DNA from: Lingula anatina
Taxonomy: Eukaryota; Animalia; Brachiopoda
DNA: 64,000 nucleotides
Reading direction: 5' to 3'
Assembly (NCBI GenBank): GCA_051362555.1
Contig: CM120642.1
Location: 7,130,001-7,194,000 of the forward strand
Part shown: in pieces, positions 50,341 through 63,638 of the stretch
How positions within the stretch are numbered: the stretch's first letter is position 1
Layout of the letters: every line of letters starts with the position of its first letter
The notes under the pieces: model-generated
The model's input: the letters and a program-made list of their open reading frames with translations, nothing else
The model's database searches: none
What the model was told of the DNA's origin: nothing
Translations under genes and position numbers: made by a program

Positions 50341-53300
50341 TATTTATACTATCCTCAAGTACTTAGTCGGTCTCTTTGGGTGATCTTAACAACAGGGTAA
50401 TCCTGTGAATAAAAAAACAGCTCCTACAGCCAATAAAGCATCATTGTATCATTTTCATGCCACTAATTTGTCCCCTGCTGTAACAAATTGAAATTCCTTC
50501 TGTATTTCACCCCTGAGATAACATCAACCTAAATATCAGATCAGTTTTCCTTTTATTTGTGTCAGTCATGGTTTTAAAAAAATGGACATTTTTGCAAATT
50601 AAGTCTTTATGATTTCTCCTTCACCTGATTTTATGATCTAAGCAAGATTTAATAAATGGCATTCCAACACAAGTAGAAATACCCAAACACAGCAGCTCAC
50701 TTGTTCACATGGGTGTTCCTTTTCCTCTCTCTCCTTTTCAACCCACAATCTAAGATTCCGCACATCTTAAATCCATTTTAAGATTGCCAAAGATGATCAA
50801 ATGAGATCTTCAACACTGCATGAATACTTGATTTCTCTCCAAGCAATTCATCTGGAACAAGTGGAGTCAACTCAGTGCGATGGGTCTGCCATAAAGTTAG
50901 ACAGTCCAAATCTTCAACTTGGTCCATAAAAGCTGGCTAATATTTATGTTCTTTTTCAGCTTTTCAGGAAAGAAAGTGATCCTTCATCCCTGTTGGAAAC
51001 GCTGAAAGTTCTCTTGGGCAACAGCTATCAACTCGGTGCACTGTGCATGTAGTAAAATCATACAGAGCGAAGACTGTGAAAGCAGACCAAAGAGTTCACA
51101 GTAAATGAGGTGGCAGCGTAGTGTTAAGTGTCTCTATGAGCATTCCTATAGGTTCAGGGCCAACTGCTCATCATAATGCTGGTGTCTGGCCTTGTATTTT
51201 CTATCATGGCTCAATGCAAGACTTACTGTTATTCTCCCAGTGGCAGAGAAACAAGTAACTGTATGTTTAACATGAAAAACAAAAACTTTCCAGTGTGAAG
51301 ATTCTAATCAGGTGTCAGTTGTCTGAAGTCAATGCTTTAGGTGTCTACTGTCAATTTTTCAGGTGTTTGTTATAATGTCAATTTTTCTTGACTTATACTT
51401 GTTATCGATTGTCACTTTTCTCTCTCTGTTTTTACATGTTTGCTGTCCCTTTTATTTTTACCTTTTGCTAAATTTCCACGTATCAACCGTCATTTTTCAA
51501 CTGTCTTTCTGATGATCAGTTTTTCATTTATTAGTTATCACTATGAAAGGTTGGAGCTGCTAGGTATTTAAGAAGCACAATCTGTTTTCATTGGTCATCT
51601 CAGAAATAAGATCAATCTGGTCACTTTTCAAGTGTAAGGTGTCTCCTGGAAGGTATTTTCTGTCAGGTGTCACCTGTCAGCACTGACCATCACCTTAATC
51701 CACTATGATATACAGACGGACATTTGCATCATCCACCTAAACACCTGTTCTTGGTCAAATTCAGGGAAAATGGCTGCGCATAATGGACAGGTGAGATGTA
51801 CAAGCATTCATGCCTGAAATAAGGAATCGTGTTAATGCCTCTTAACATGTTTGACCTCCTTAATGTGTGCTTGTTAATACATCAGAGTTCTGTTATGTTA
51901 CCAGCGTTAATTCCATTCCAGGCACCATGGAAATAAGGATCAGGCCACATGGAGATCAAAAGAAGAAGTGCATCCTGACGGTGTTCATTTTTCTTTTCTC
52001 GAAAAGAAACTGAAACCCTTTCCCTTCAACTGTGTCTGGGTACTTCTAATCATTGCTTAGACAGCCGGTAACACATTTGTTATTAATCAAAGAAAACTAT
52101 GTTGTTGACGTAACTTTTATGCTTGACATGTAAATAGAAAAGAAAAAAACATTTCAACAAGCTACATGTACATAACTGTTACAACTGTACCCCATCCATG
52201 TTATTCCACCATGACCATATGTATTTTTGCATTTCTCTTTCAAGAAAAAAAGTAACTAACAATATATTACAAGACATATCATATCTCAAATTTCAGCCTC
52301 GGAATCCATCAGCAATAAAAAATCATTAAAGCAACACAGACAGTGCACACCTATGCATAATATCTTCAACCAAATTCCTTCTCAAATCTACGCCAAGTCC
52401 TGTACACTTCCTACTGCCCGACCTGAAATGTCCACTGCTTTAATGCCCAATTTTATCTTAATACCGGCTAACCTATGCAACTACATACTGATCGACTCCT
52501 CCCTCACTCAAAGATAAAGATAACCACCTTAAAGCCAGCCAATTTCACTTTATCTGCTAATTCTGCTTGAGCCTTGTCACAGCAACCAATCAGTATACAG
52601 TATCCCCAGTAATATTTAAGACATGCACTTGTTGTATATCATAGTAAAGCATGAACTTGGTGGTTGAAAATGCCTTATATTTTTTAGATGCAGAAACAGC
52701 AAATTTCCAAATACCTGTGATATTAAATCCTTCAAGTATTGGTTAGAGCTATTAAAGATGATAGATGTAAGTCAGATGTAGAAGTTATAACTGCCTCTTT
52801 TCACCAAAACGTTCAGTATGATCAGCACAAACTCATAGCTCAACCAACGGTGACCATTTAGGTGGTCAGTTTGACCATTGGGAGTGGTCAACTGTCCTGA
52901 GGTTGTCCTTACTTGTGATTGGTTAACCAGAAGTGCGCAAGCTGATAAACTCAGTTTGCATAGTGCAATTCTGATAATTAAGCCTCTCTCTCAATTAGAG
53001 CTGGCCTATTTTGAAATTATGCACCCACGGCTTTAAACTGCTAAGTACTGATTAGGATGAGAATGGCCTGTGTAAAATTTTTTATTATCAAATATATAGA
53101 TATTCAACTTTTCAGTATGTACATAAAAACTTTCATGAGCCCTGAAATTGTATTTTTCTTTATGAAGCCCCAAAATCCGCATTTTGTACACAGTCAAAGC
53201 CTAAAATGCACAACAAAGAATCTTTCCTACGTACATTTTCAAAAAAATCTTTTTAATCTGGCATCCTCCATTAAAACCAAGTATGAAGTAAAATGAAAAA

Positions 53301-53698
53301 ATAAAACTTAAATTCTCAATCACAAATCATCACTTTAATGTACATCTTCATAACCTCCAACATCCTGCCAGAAATGTAAGAAAAATAAAGAAAACTTTGA
53401 TCAGAAAATTGAAATTCAATCATTCACCTTCACTAAAACTATCTTGTTTGATGTTTTAAGTCAACCGTTACAGGAGCACCCATATCCTCAGGTGATTTGC
53501 ACCAGTTGTTTTCATGTCTTATTACGCAGAGTATAAACTGGTCTTTTGTGCAGGTGTATATTTTTAAGACAGGAGTAGTATATTTATTCCTTGAAGCCAA
53601 TGTCGATTTAATGAAAACAAAAGCACAAGAGAAAGTGTGCCTGTGAGTGCATGCACATGTGTGTATGTGCGTAGATATACTGAATGTGTCTGCATTAG

Positions 53699-53752
53699 GT
53701 GTGTGTGTGTGTGTGTGTGCGTGCGCGCACGTGTGGAGAGAGAGAGAGAGAG
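53699..53752. repeat. Compound (GT)n/(GC)n/(GA)n microsatellite
   Basis: Direct reading. Confidence 0.88.
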
Positions 53753-54862
53753 AATGGAGGTAGGGGAGCAATGACACATATTACAATGCAGCCAGTAAGT
53801 CACTCATGATCTACTCGTCAAAAGCAATACCACTACTTCACCAAAGTAATAAAACAATAGCAATACTGCAGGACAACAAAAGATCCACTTGAGAAGAGGA
53901 AGCATGCAATCTTCAAACAACAATCAGAAGTAGGTATATCACTTGAACTCAAGCACATCAGACACTCTCAGAATAAACTGAAATGCCACATTGATTTCAA
54001 AGAAGTATTTTGTGCCAGGGATCACGTCTGTTATATCAATTTTACTGTAATTCTAACTCCATGGTATTTAAAAAGTACATAACTTCTGAGAAAATTATTT
54101 TTATTGCTTGATGTAATGCTGACATTTGCAGTGCCATGATAAATCAATGATAACCCTTTCCATCTTTCTTATATTTTTCTTATTCTGGGTTTTTATTTTT
54201 TGTAGGCAATCCTTTCAATTCTTCATGGCTACTGCACTTCCCATTAAAATAGTTATTTATTTTTTAACATCAAATTGCCATAGGACAAAGTTGATAAACA
54301 CCACAGACAAATAGAAAAATATCCTGAAAATGAAAAACCACACAATGATTTCCATATAACAGTGCCACAAGAAGAATGAAACTGTTTTTATCATGTATAA
54401 TGAAGAAAAAAGAAAAAAAGAATGTATGTGTTTCATCTTGCTGAAAAGTCAGAATCACATAATATATCAAATATGTATGTGAATTGTATAAAAATAACAT
54501 ATGCATGTATATTAACATGCATGCACACATACCCACACACACAGGCACCCACAGCATCATATTCTGAAATAAGAAATTCTTAAGTTTGAGCATGTTAATA
54601 ACAGTCCAAGGTACATGTAAATATTTCAAAGCATTTGCAAAACAATACATAAACATAAAGCAACAACAACAACAAATAAATGGTTAATAAATCATGTCAA
54701 CTTCCAAATTTAGCAGGCAACAATACAAAATACTTTCAGAAAACATATATCTCATTTATCATGTCACCGAGTTTTTCATATGGGTGTAAACAACATGTTT
54801 GCCAAGGTCCAACTCTGTTTCCTAATTGATGGGTACTTGCAGTTGTTGACTTCTGGTTAATA

Positions 54863-55027
54863 CGGTAATTACTGTAAATTTTCAAACAATGATAATAAAT
54901 ATGTACTTATAGACATGAAGCCAACTCATTTTCAGAAAATTCTGAAAATATTTATGTAATACTTATAAAACAATGTTTTGGAGAATATCATTAAATTCAT
55001 TTTGCTTGAATTTATAAGTAATTACCG
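54863..55027. mobile_element. Tc1/mariner-like MITE with the same TIR motif, 165 bp
   Basis: TA|cggtaattact ... agtaattaccg|CA, with an internal palindrome ttttcagaaaattctgaaaa. Confidence 0.6.
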
Positions 55028-55068
55028 CACATCAACTCAAGGGGAGTTATTTTCCTTTCCCTGCCGCT

Positions 55069-55083
55069 GCTGCCATCTAGTGG
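55069..55083 (-). promoter_or_regulatory. CTCF core motif match CCACTAGATGGCAGC
   Basis: Matches CCASYAGRKGGCRS; convergent with the 48643 site. Confidence 0.55.
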
Positions 55084-55323
55084 GTTGATTATTTGTGACA
55101 CTGTCACAACTTGGAAATTTTGTTGAGGATTTATATGAGAATGTTCTACATACTTTGGAGAAATGGTCAGTAAAATAAATCTACTAATCTGTAGGGGATT
55201 TCATCACTGAATACAGAGAGGACCTTGTGTGACAGATGGGAAAATGTGTTAGGTGTTCTGACAAAAGGGGTTTGATTTCCCAACACAATAAGGCGTTAAA
55301 ATATATCTTAAAAGTGCACTTAC

Positions 55324-55360
55324 CTGCTTGTTCTCTCTCTGTCTTATACTGTTGGAAACT
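55324..55360 (-). CDS. DLC1: 37-nt internal adaptor micro-exon (phase 0->1): SFQQYKTEREQA(E)
   Basis: Strong acceptor gattttctttttccctctttgcag and consensus donor CAG|gtaagt. Gives ...TEREQAEIEAVEAC. Positionally analogous to the short pre-SAM segment of human STARD8 (recalled CFPLLQVKKNA). Confidence 0.82.
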
Positions 55361-55873
55361 CTGCAAAGAGGGAAAAAGAAAATCAATCAACAATTCAGCA
55401 GAATTAACAGCAAAGCATCAGTCAGAGAAAATGGTTTTACAACCAACCGTATAAAGGAGAAAATGTTTTTACAAACAGCCACATGAAAGAAAAATAATGT
55501 TTTCCAAATAAAACCTCCGTAGTGTGATACACTTGCATGTGTCATTTATTTCATATAAGAAAATTACAATATTAAATTGTATATCAACATTCTATTAAAC
55601 ATATACATCACACTACCCCCTGTAATTTTTTCTTAAGTGAATTTTCCTTTTCATAAGGATGTAACTAAATTCATGAAAACATTTTTCACTTTACAAATGC
55701 TTGGGTTTTTTTCTTCAATTTTTGTTTAATCAATGTTATATTTTTGTGTGTAAACTTCATTTAAACATCTTTTTTTTTAATCACATTCCCGAGGTCCAAC
55801 TCTGCTTCTTCACAGAACCTTTCTTTTTTCAATAAACAATAATTTGCAATAACCATAAAATACAAGCACCTCT

Positions 55874-55925
55874 GGCAATAACCCCTAAATTAAGTACTAG
55901 GCAATAACCCCTAAATTAAGTACTA
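55874..55925. repeat. Perfect 26-bp tandem duplication (ggcaataacccctaaattaagtacta x2)
   Basis: Direct reading. Confidence 0.92.
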
Positions 55926-58900
55926 CAAGTTGAGGTAGAACCAGGTGTCTATGAACCTAAATCTTTGGTGATAAGAGCAACAGTCTTCTTTATGGACACT
56001 TTCACCATATGGGTTCCATCAAATATCTATCCTCCTGTTGTTTTTTCCAGGTAAAAAAAGCAATTTTGGGAGTATCCACAGGTAATAACAACAAACATAT
56101 ACTGTAGTTATGACCATCTTTTAATTGATGGGTTATAAAAGGGGTCATCCTCCCTATAAATCTTTGAAAAGAACACTCTGGATAACTTGTATTTTTACTT
56201 CCTCTTCTTCTTTATATTCAGCTGGAGAGACATTTAGAAACCAAAATCCCACCTGTCTGACTTTTTAAACGCAGGCTGGGTAAAATGCTTCAACTGGAGT
56301 TTTCATTTTCTCTTGCTCGTAAAAAAAAACATGTAGTTGCTGGCTATACATGGAGAGATTTTACATTCAACAAAAAATGCACTTATTTCACATGAGAACA
56401 CCTTTCATTACATTTTCCTTTCATGTCTTTTATCATTTCATACCTACCAGTACAAATCATCCTCCTTATCGATAATAAAAAAAGATGAGATCTCAGCAGA
56501 CATGAAGTAAACTTTGGTTCAATGACCATATATTCAGTACAAAAAAGTAAAACGATCTTATCTCATGTCTTTACAGCTAGGAGCAGACACTTTGGTTATT
56601 AGAAGACCACAAAATAGAGAGTATCAATGAGTTTAATCTCAAACACTATTATCAGCATTCTCCTCTAGACCGCCATGAAGCATATGTATGAGTTTTAGGT
56701 TAAATATACGAGGAACCTTTGAATAATCATAAACAGCAAGTACAGATTATATGGCCTACATAACTATTGGGTCACTAAAGCTATAAGACAGGTGAGGAAG
56801 GCATCTGATGTCTTTTCTTCCCAAACAAATGAGCCATTATATCCTGTGCACTTAAATTACACTTTCATACGACAATATGCTAAAGATTGTATAAACATAT
56901 CATAAAACAATGGAGGGCAAATGATGTTTTACAAAAAGAATGCTGTTAACAATTGGTCTGAAATGTATAATGTTTAAATCAAATAACTATAGATGGTGAA
57001 TACAAATAATTTTTTTTTGCATTTTGACTGCATAAAAACATTTTCTCCCACCCTTAGAAAAAGCACCGAACAAAATAATAATAAAAAAAAACTACTAAAT
57101 CCTTCCTACCAATATACACACTTCTATCACATTCCTCCAACAATCAGATAAAAAAAGATTTATTTCTGTGTTTACTAACAGACGGACATGTAATGCCTGG
57201 TTATCTGTCACTTTTAGCTGATACCAGCCACCTCTCTGTGATATCCAGGGTTTTACACATGCCTTTAGAAAAATTTTCATAAGTACTACTGCTGCAGGAA
57301 TGTGCTTATTCAAGGGATTCCTTGTAATTCCAGTGGATTATTATCTTGGCTCGTTTCCACATTTCCTATTAAAAAAATCTGTTCTGGAGAAATTCTTTTC
57401 CAAATTTTTGCAAATAATTTGGTTGATATTTTAGATTATGCTAGCTAATGAAATGGGCAGGGCAGGCAGACGACTACTGCAAACGTACACCAGGTGTCGC
57501 CACTATACAACACTTACATAAACCTGGCTCTCCAGGAAAGGAGGGTCCCGGCAGGTACAGGTTAACAATGATGAAATCATCTTCTCTTTGTGAAAGTTAC
57601 AAAAGCAACAATGCTGACAGACAGGTGCAACTTTGGAATTATAACCCTTTTAATTAGCCATTTCAAGTTCATTTGGTAGTATTTCAGTTTGTCGCATACA
57701 GCAAACAAGGCAAATTACACAGTTCTATGAGGCCATATGCACGGCAACTTTTCCGGCATTGCAAATCTTTCAAATGATTTACTGGAAAAAGCATCAAAGT
57801 CAATTAATCTCACTGATGTGCATAAGCAGTCCTGAGGAAACATTCCATAGGCTTTTCCATTATCTTGTAGAGAGCCAATGCTGCAAAAATTGTTCCAATG
57901 ACAACAAGGGAACAATTCAAAATTTTTTATCCATCCTGAATACATGAGAAGAGCAGCAGAACAGTTTATATTCAATGCTGCAAAAGACAATGACTCTCCA
58001 GTACAGCTAACTGAATCTTCTTCTGAATATAATCCAAAACTGTTCTTTTGACTAAGGGTTTTCACATACTGTGTAAGAACTAAGCCAAGGTCAAAATAAT
58101 AAGTCTACTTATAAATTGTACATGAACATCAACAATATTTTTGCAGTCACACTGTGCAGAGATTCCTTCAGTCAAGAAAATCTTATCCATAATTGTCCTT
58201 TCCAAAAAATAATGATATTAATCATAATGATTTTTTTCATCAATCCCCAGCAATCATGTAATCCTGTCAATATCAGACATATATTAAAACTTCTCCCTTG
58301 ATCTGGGCTAGAGGCACATCAATACAGACAGTCACATACTAAATGCCAACACGAGGGCTGATCCCTTTAGCCTTATGCGTCTCTGTCTTTTCCGACTGTC
58401 ACCAGCTTGCCAAGCTCCTGATGACAGATCTGTCTATAGGACAGTTGATTTGGGTGGGGTGGTGCTTGGCTTGGGGAAGGTGTCATCTCCAGGTCATTAT
58501 ATTGTCAACTAATAGAATAATTAGTACATAATGATGACATGTGGATGTCAAATTAAAGCACTGTTAGAATGTAAGTGGCATGCATAGGACAGACTTGTGA
58601 ATCGTGCTGTTATGTTGGAGTGAAGTTCAACCCTCTCATAATCTTTTAGCACCACTGTGACAAATCAATGAGATTTAAAATATAGGCATCTAAATAACTT
58701 TTGAAGTGTACTTTAAATGGGTTGTAAAATAATGTGTAGTCTTTAAATCATCACTTTCATCAGTTAAGGGACAAATCAACATATCCCAAAAGAAACAGGC
58801 ACTAAACTCTTCTTTTGCCTTGACTGCAATTAGCTGCGTTGAAAAAAGAAAAAAAGTTTACTAATAACTGTTGTTGATGAGTGATGGCATCCTCAGAAAA

Positions 58901-61067
58901 TTCATAATGGTACACATACAGCCATCACCCTGTCTAAAATATTAGCCTGCAGAATCATGATATATGGGCATCAATACATGAACAACTCTGGTCTTAAGTC
59001 AGTTTAATGACCAGGTACAGGAGAAATGTGTGTACCATTTGTCATGACAAATAATACCAGCAGATAGGCTAAATCTATGTCCTGTTATGGACTTGTATTG
59101 GAGGCTTTGGCCAAAACAATTTGGGTTATCTAAATGCGTGCTATGATTCAGGCCATTAGCCAACAATTTTAAAGGAGGGAAACGCCTAGGCATTCTTAGA
59201 AGCAAGACCAAATTTTGATTCTGACCTTTTCCCAAGCCAACAGGGAAGTTCTTTTTCACCCTGTCCTCCACTCCCACCCCCGGCTGCCTATAGGGGGCTG
59301 TGATTTAATGTTGTTCTATTGCATTAACTACATGCACTAACTGTATCCTGTGAAATGTGGCGCAAAGCCCCGAAAACATTCATTTTCTGTATTATTTCAA
59401 TGCTACCACATTTTCCATATTGTCATGTGAGTTGTTAATGATCACAATACCATCACTGCCATGACGTTGGCTCCTTTAAGATGAAAATGGCTACCAGTGC
59501 TACATAAAATGATTTCTCTTCCAAAAGACTTGAAAATGTATACAATAAAATTTAGTGCTGGCAAGACCTGGAATAAATTATTCTTTCATATGCAAAGCCT
59601 CCTCAGTTTCCTATGCAACATGGTCAACTGTAGTCTAAACAGAATCATTTGTAGTCTAAACACAAATAGTATTCCAGCGGCTCATTAATGGTATGCATTT
59701 TAAAATATAGTCCAGTCGGCATCATGGCTTTTCCAAATTGTAAACAATAGCCAAAAGCTGAATTTTCTTCAAGTCTGCAAAGAAGGATCCAGTAATGGTC
59801 TTGATTTGTTGTTTAAAAACAAACAATTCCACAGCTGCCCACTATGAGCTAGGATCATTTCCAAAAAACTCAGGCCAAATGTGACTTAGTGGTCATATGC
59901 ATTAAATCCATCCACATTATTGTACGCAGTTATCCTTTCCAGACACCATATATATAAAAAAACACAGCCTTAAGAAACAAACTGCAGTGAACTAGTGAAC
60001 TTCTTTCTAAGCTGTAGGTGTGTACATTTATATATACAGAATATATATAAAAATAGCCAGGTATCTGGAAGGCATTTCGACCAGTTCTAGGTCAACTCTC
60101 AGCAACCACTGACAAAGCCAAATCCATCAAATCTTGAGGAGCAGAACACAGGGGACAAAAAGATTGCAAACAGAATTGCCTGCTTTAAAGCTAAATAATT
60201 ACAATTCAAACTTGAAGCCCTAGCTTTAATTCAGTTTTATTTCTTTCTTGTTTTCTCTGTTTTCCATGTCTTTTACTGATAAACAAGAATCAATATTACT
60301 ATCAGACCTTAAAACCATCTTTTTAAGGTATCATTTACAAAATAGTTTTGGTAAATATTCCACACCAATATTGTTCTGATTTTGCAAATGATTTCCATGA
60401 TCAAACCCATATCACGAGCTTAAACTAATTTGTTATACTTCAACATAATTCTCACATCCAGAACAGGCCTAGGTTAAAGAAAAGCAGGTTCAACACTAGT
60501 TAGCTCTATTCACGAATGTTTTTACTTTTTTTCTCCCTCTCTAGTTAGTAATGAGAGCAATAACTGTGTTTTGTTAGTTCATATGATCCAAATCACCAAG
60601 AATTATTCCATTACAATAACAGACATGCAGGTTTTTCTTTTTTTATCTAGCTTGGATATTTTCCAACACTGAGAAATGTTTCAACATGGGAAGTCAGGAA
60701 CTTCAAAATGCATGCTGGGAAAAACTCAAATGTATAAATTAAATACAGTTAAAAGTAATATCAATATTTTGCTTTAAAAAACAGAAATTTTAGATAATTA
60801 TAATAGTAAGGCTGTCATTCAGTGAAATAAGATCATGAGTGGTCTTTGATCAAATTGTGGTAGATGTGAAATCGTGATCTGCTCTGAAATAAGTGTGTCT
60901 CTCAGAGCACATTGAACATAAAATGAACTAATGAACTCATGTCACCCTCCTGCTTTTCCTAGCCTTTCTGAAACTTCAGCTAGCAATACGAATTATAACT
61001 TTTAAAGGGAGTAAAGAAGTTTTTAAGGAGTTCTGAACCAACATGAACATTATATATTTTAGTAGTT

Positions 61068-61115
61068 TACTGAATTTATATCTCAAACATACTGAATTTA
61101 TATCTCAAACATACT
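61068..61115. repeat. Perfect 22-bp tandem duplication (tactgaatttatatctcaaaca x2)
   Basis: Direct reading. Confidence 0.92.
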
Positions 61116-61279
61116 TTTAACTAACAAGTCCTTATTTCAAGAGCTTGGAATAGAAACTCATGTTTATAAGCTAAATAAAATAATAACTATTATTGAGAAT
61201 GCGTTAGTTGTGATTATTAGTGCACAATGATGTTCACTGTGGTTGTGCCGAGTATCATGAGTAACAACAGCTACCTTAC

Positions 61280-61357
61280 CTTCCACTTTCCACTCAGCTT
61301 TAATCCACAGAGCAGTGAAAGAGAACAGATACAAAGTCCCACTTCAAGATCTGCCAT
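61280..61357 (-). CDS. DLC1: Candidate alternative first coding exon (phase 0): MADLEVGLCICSLSLLCGLKLSGKWK
   Basis: aaaATGG context, exactly 26 codons, donor AAG|gtaagg. Phase fits the 37-nt exon 5.9 kb downstream. Confidence 0.65.
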
Positions 61358-61758
61358 TTTGATCAAGCTACTACGGACCAGATAGTCTTGTGGTTAGAGT
61401 GTCCCATCCATGGTGAAGTAAAATGCATAAGAAACTTCTTTTGGTTCTACTCCAATTGTACTTCACAGCATATGCTTAGCTATCATGTTAATTCTCATGG
61501 GAAATCTGTTTTTGTCACAAACTTCACTCAAAGTATACACAGTCACATTTGTATTGGACATATACCACAGCTGTACCCTACATGTTCACATGTTCACCAA
61601 GTTAAATGCATTTGCCTTACTTCAAACACGTACATCAGGAACGATTCAGACAAAAAAAATGGCCATTACGGAACTGAAGCAAAGTGACATCAAATCTGCG
61701 AGAAAGAGAAAACCTGACACATCTTAATCCCTTCGGGTTAATGTCGAGATCACTTGTT

Positions 61759-61766
61759 TGACGTCA
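61759..61766. promoter_or_regulatory. Palindromic CRE (TGACGTCA) in a CpG-retaining patch upstream of the 61357 ATG
   Basis: Exact CRE overlapping a TGTTTGAC forkhead-like site, ~400 bp upstream of a candidate first exon. Confidence 0.35.
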
Positions 61767-63561
61767 CAACCAAATACAGTCCAAGTACTCAGACAGCTGC
61801 ATGTTCTTTCTGCCCAATATTGGATATTTCACCTAGCGCTGTTGTTCCTACATATCTACATGACACACTCCCACTATATCCTTGTTCTTCTGCTACAAGA
61901 GGCAATTCACGGAATCACACGAAGTTCTTAATGCCTTGTTTCCCTGTAATTCCATCCAAGTTCCTCTTGTGGTCATGGTTCATTCCAGAGTGCACGTATT
62001 AGGGGAGAATTTTTAAGTCCCCAATGTGTTTTGTACACATGAACGTGTAACTATGTTAGTCTTAGGGTCTTTATCTGGTAATCTGGGGCTCAGGGAGGGG
62101 GTCTTAATGAATAACTTAGTGAGCTAAATGAATGGCTTTATCAGGTAGCCAATTTATCAAAATTTGAAAATAGTTTATGAAGTATATTTTTTCTACAAAT
62201 TATTAAGATAATTTTCTTCTACAAAAACAGGAACATATTTTAATTTTTTTAAGCCCATCTGCCACTTACTTGGTCAAACTAATTTGGTATTGTTATGCTA
62301 CATGCAGTCATCAAGTTGGTGTTAATTTTGAAACTTGTTACAAGCTGTTTTGCAAAATTACAGAGGGGAACTTACAGTCATTTTAATTAACATTAATTGA
62401 CATTCCTCTGCAAACAAAGCAATAGTCCCACAGTTACTTCATACATCTGCTTTGATTCCTCTCAAAATCTTCCAAAATCTGTTTACTCATACTATAAATA
62501 AAGCCCCACAAACTCCAATTTGACAATAATTGTTACACATTTTCTAATCATTATCTTTACCCAGATGTAAAATAAAAATTTACTACAATTCACAATGTAT
62601 GACATAATAGACCAGTCTACCTATGGGGCCCCCATGTAAAACAGCTATAATCAATTTGTTTCAATTTTTTACACTATCTACTATGCCAATATTAGTATTT
62701 CTTTGCTATCTTAACCCTGTGTTTTCTGTTCTGGATAAATCCGTTTTTATAAGTCGATGATAAAATTCCAATGTGTTTGACTTGACGCATACTATAAATC
62801 CCCTAGGCTGCCCCCGCACATTATTTTTAGAATGTCCTTATCTTGAAGAACATTGTTTGTTTTTGAGCTGCAACTCTGCATAATGATCAAGTTATTTTTA
62901 TTCTTATATCACATCCAGGATATTTTAATGAATAAAATAACGAAATGCTTTACAATTTATTTTCTCACAATTTCCGAAAAAAAATAGTTTAATTATATAA
63001 ACATGTGAGAGTTAAAATGACATTCTCATAGATTGAAAACAATTTCATATTTTCTAATCTAACGAAAACACCAGAAAATATGCAGTTTGCCCTTTTGTTG
63101 AATGGCTGGCAAACAAACTTGTGCTGTTTAAAAAAAAACAACCATTTAAGTCTTATGTATTAGAATATGATCAAGTATAGTATTGAAAAAAACCCTGTCT
63201 CGAAATCTTAAGCGACTTGTTATATATAAACATCCACTTTAAACTGTGTAAAACAAAGCTCAGAATAACCACACCAGTGGCATGGTCAAACCCTTAAGGC
63301 TTATCATATCATGAATTTCTAACAGTAAAACAGCAATCTTTCTAAATATTTTGGCTCTCACTAGAAGGTAATACACAATTCATACCATCTAAGACTTACA
63401 GGTTCACTTTCACAAGATCTTTTTGTCTTATTTATATTTTTATCATATTTATATATACATTACATTACTCTGTTGTATTTTGTGGTGTGAGACAGAAAAA
63501 ATGCATTTAGCCTCATCAACCTTACATTCTGTACTAATAGTTTAATGCTCCATGCTATTTT

Positions 63562-63590
63562 CACACACACATGCACGCACACACACACAT

Positions 63591-63625
<35 letters not shown>
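63562..63625. repeat. Interrupted (CA)n microsatellite
   Basis: Direct reading; on the minus strand it begins ~14 nt into the intron after the 63639 donor. Confidence 0.92.
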
Positions 63626-63627
<2 letters not shown>

Positions 63628-63638
63628 GCCAGCCTTAC

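Noticed and set aside
57715-58065. 116-aa Cys-rich minus-strand ORF upstream of the 37-nt exon
   Set aside because: GTG start, no recognisable domain, and only a weak phase-0 donor (TCA|gtgaga). Not supportable as an exon.
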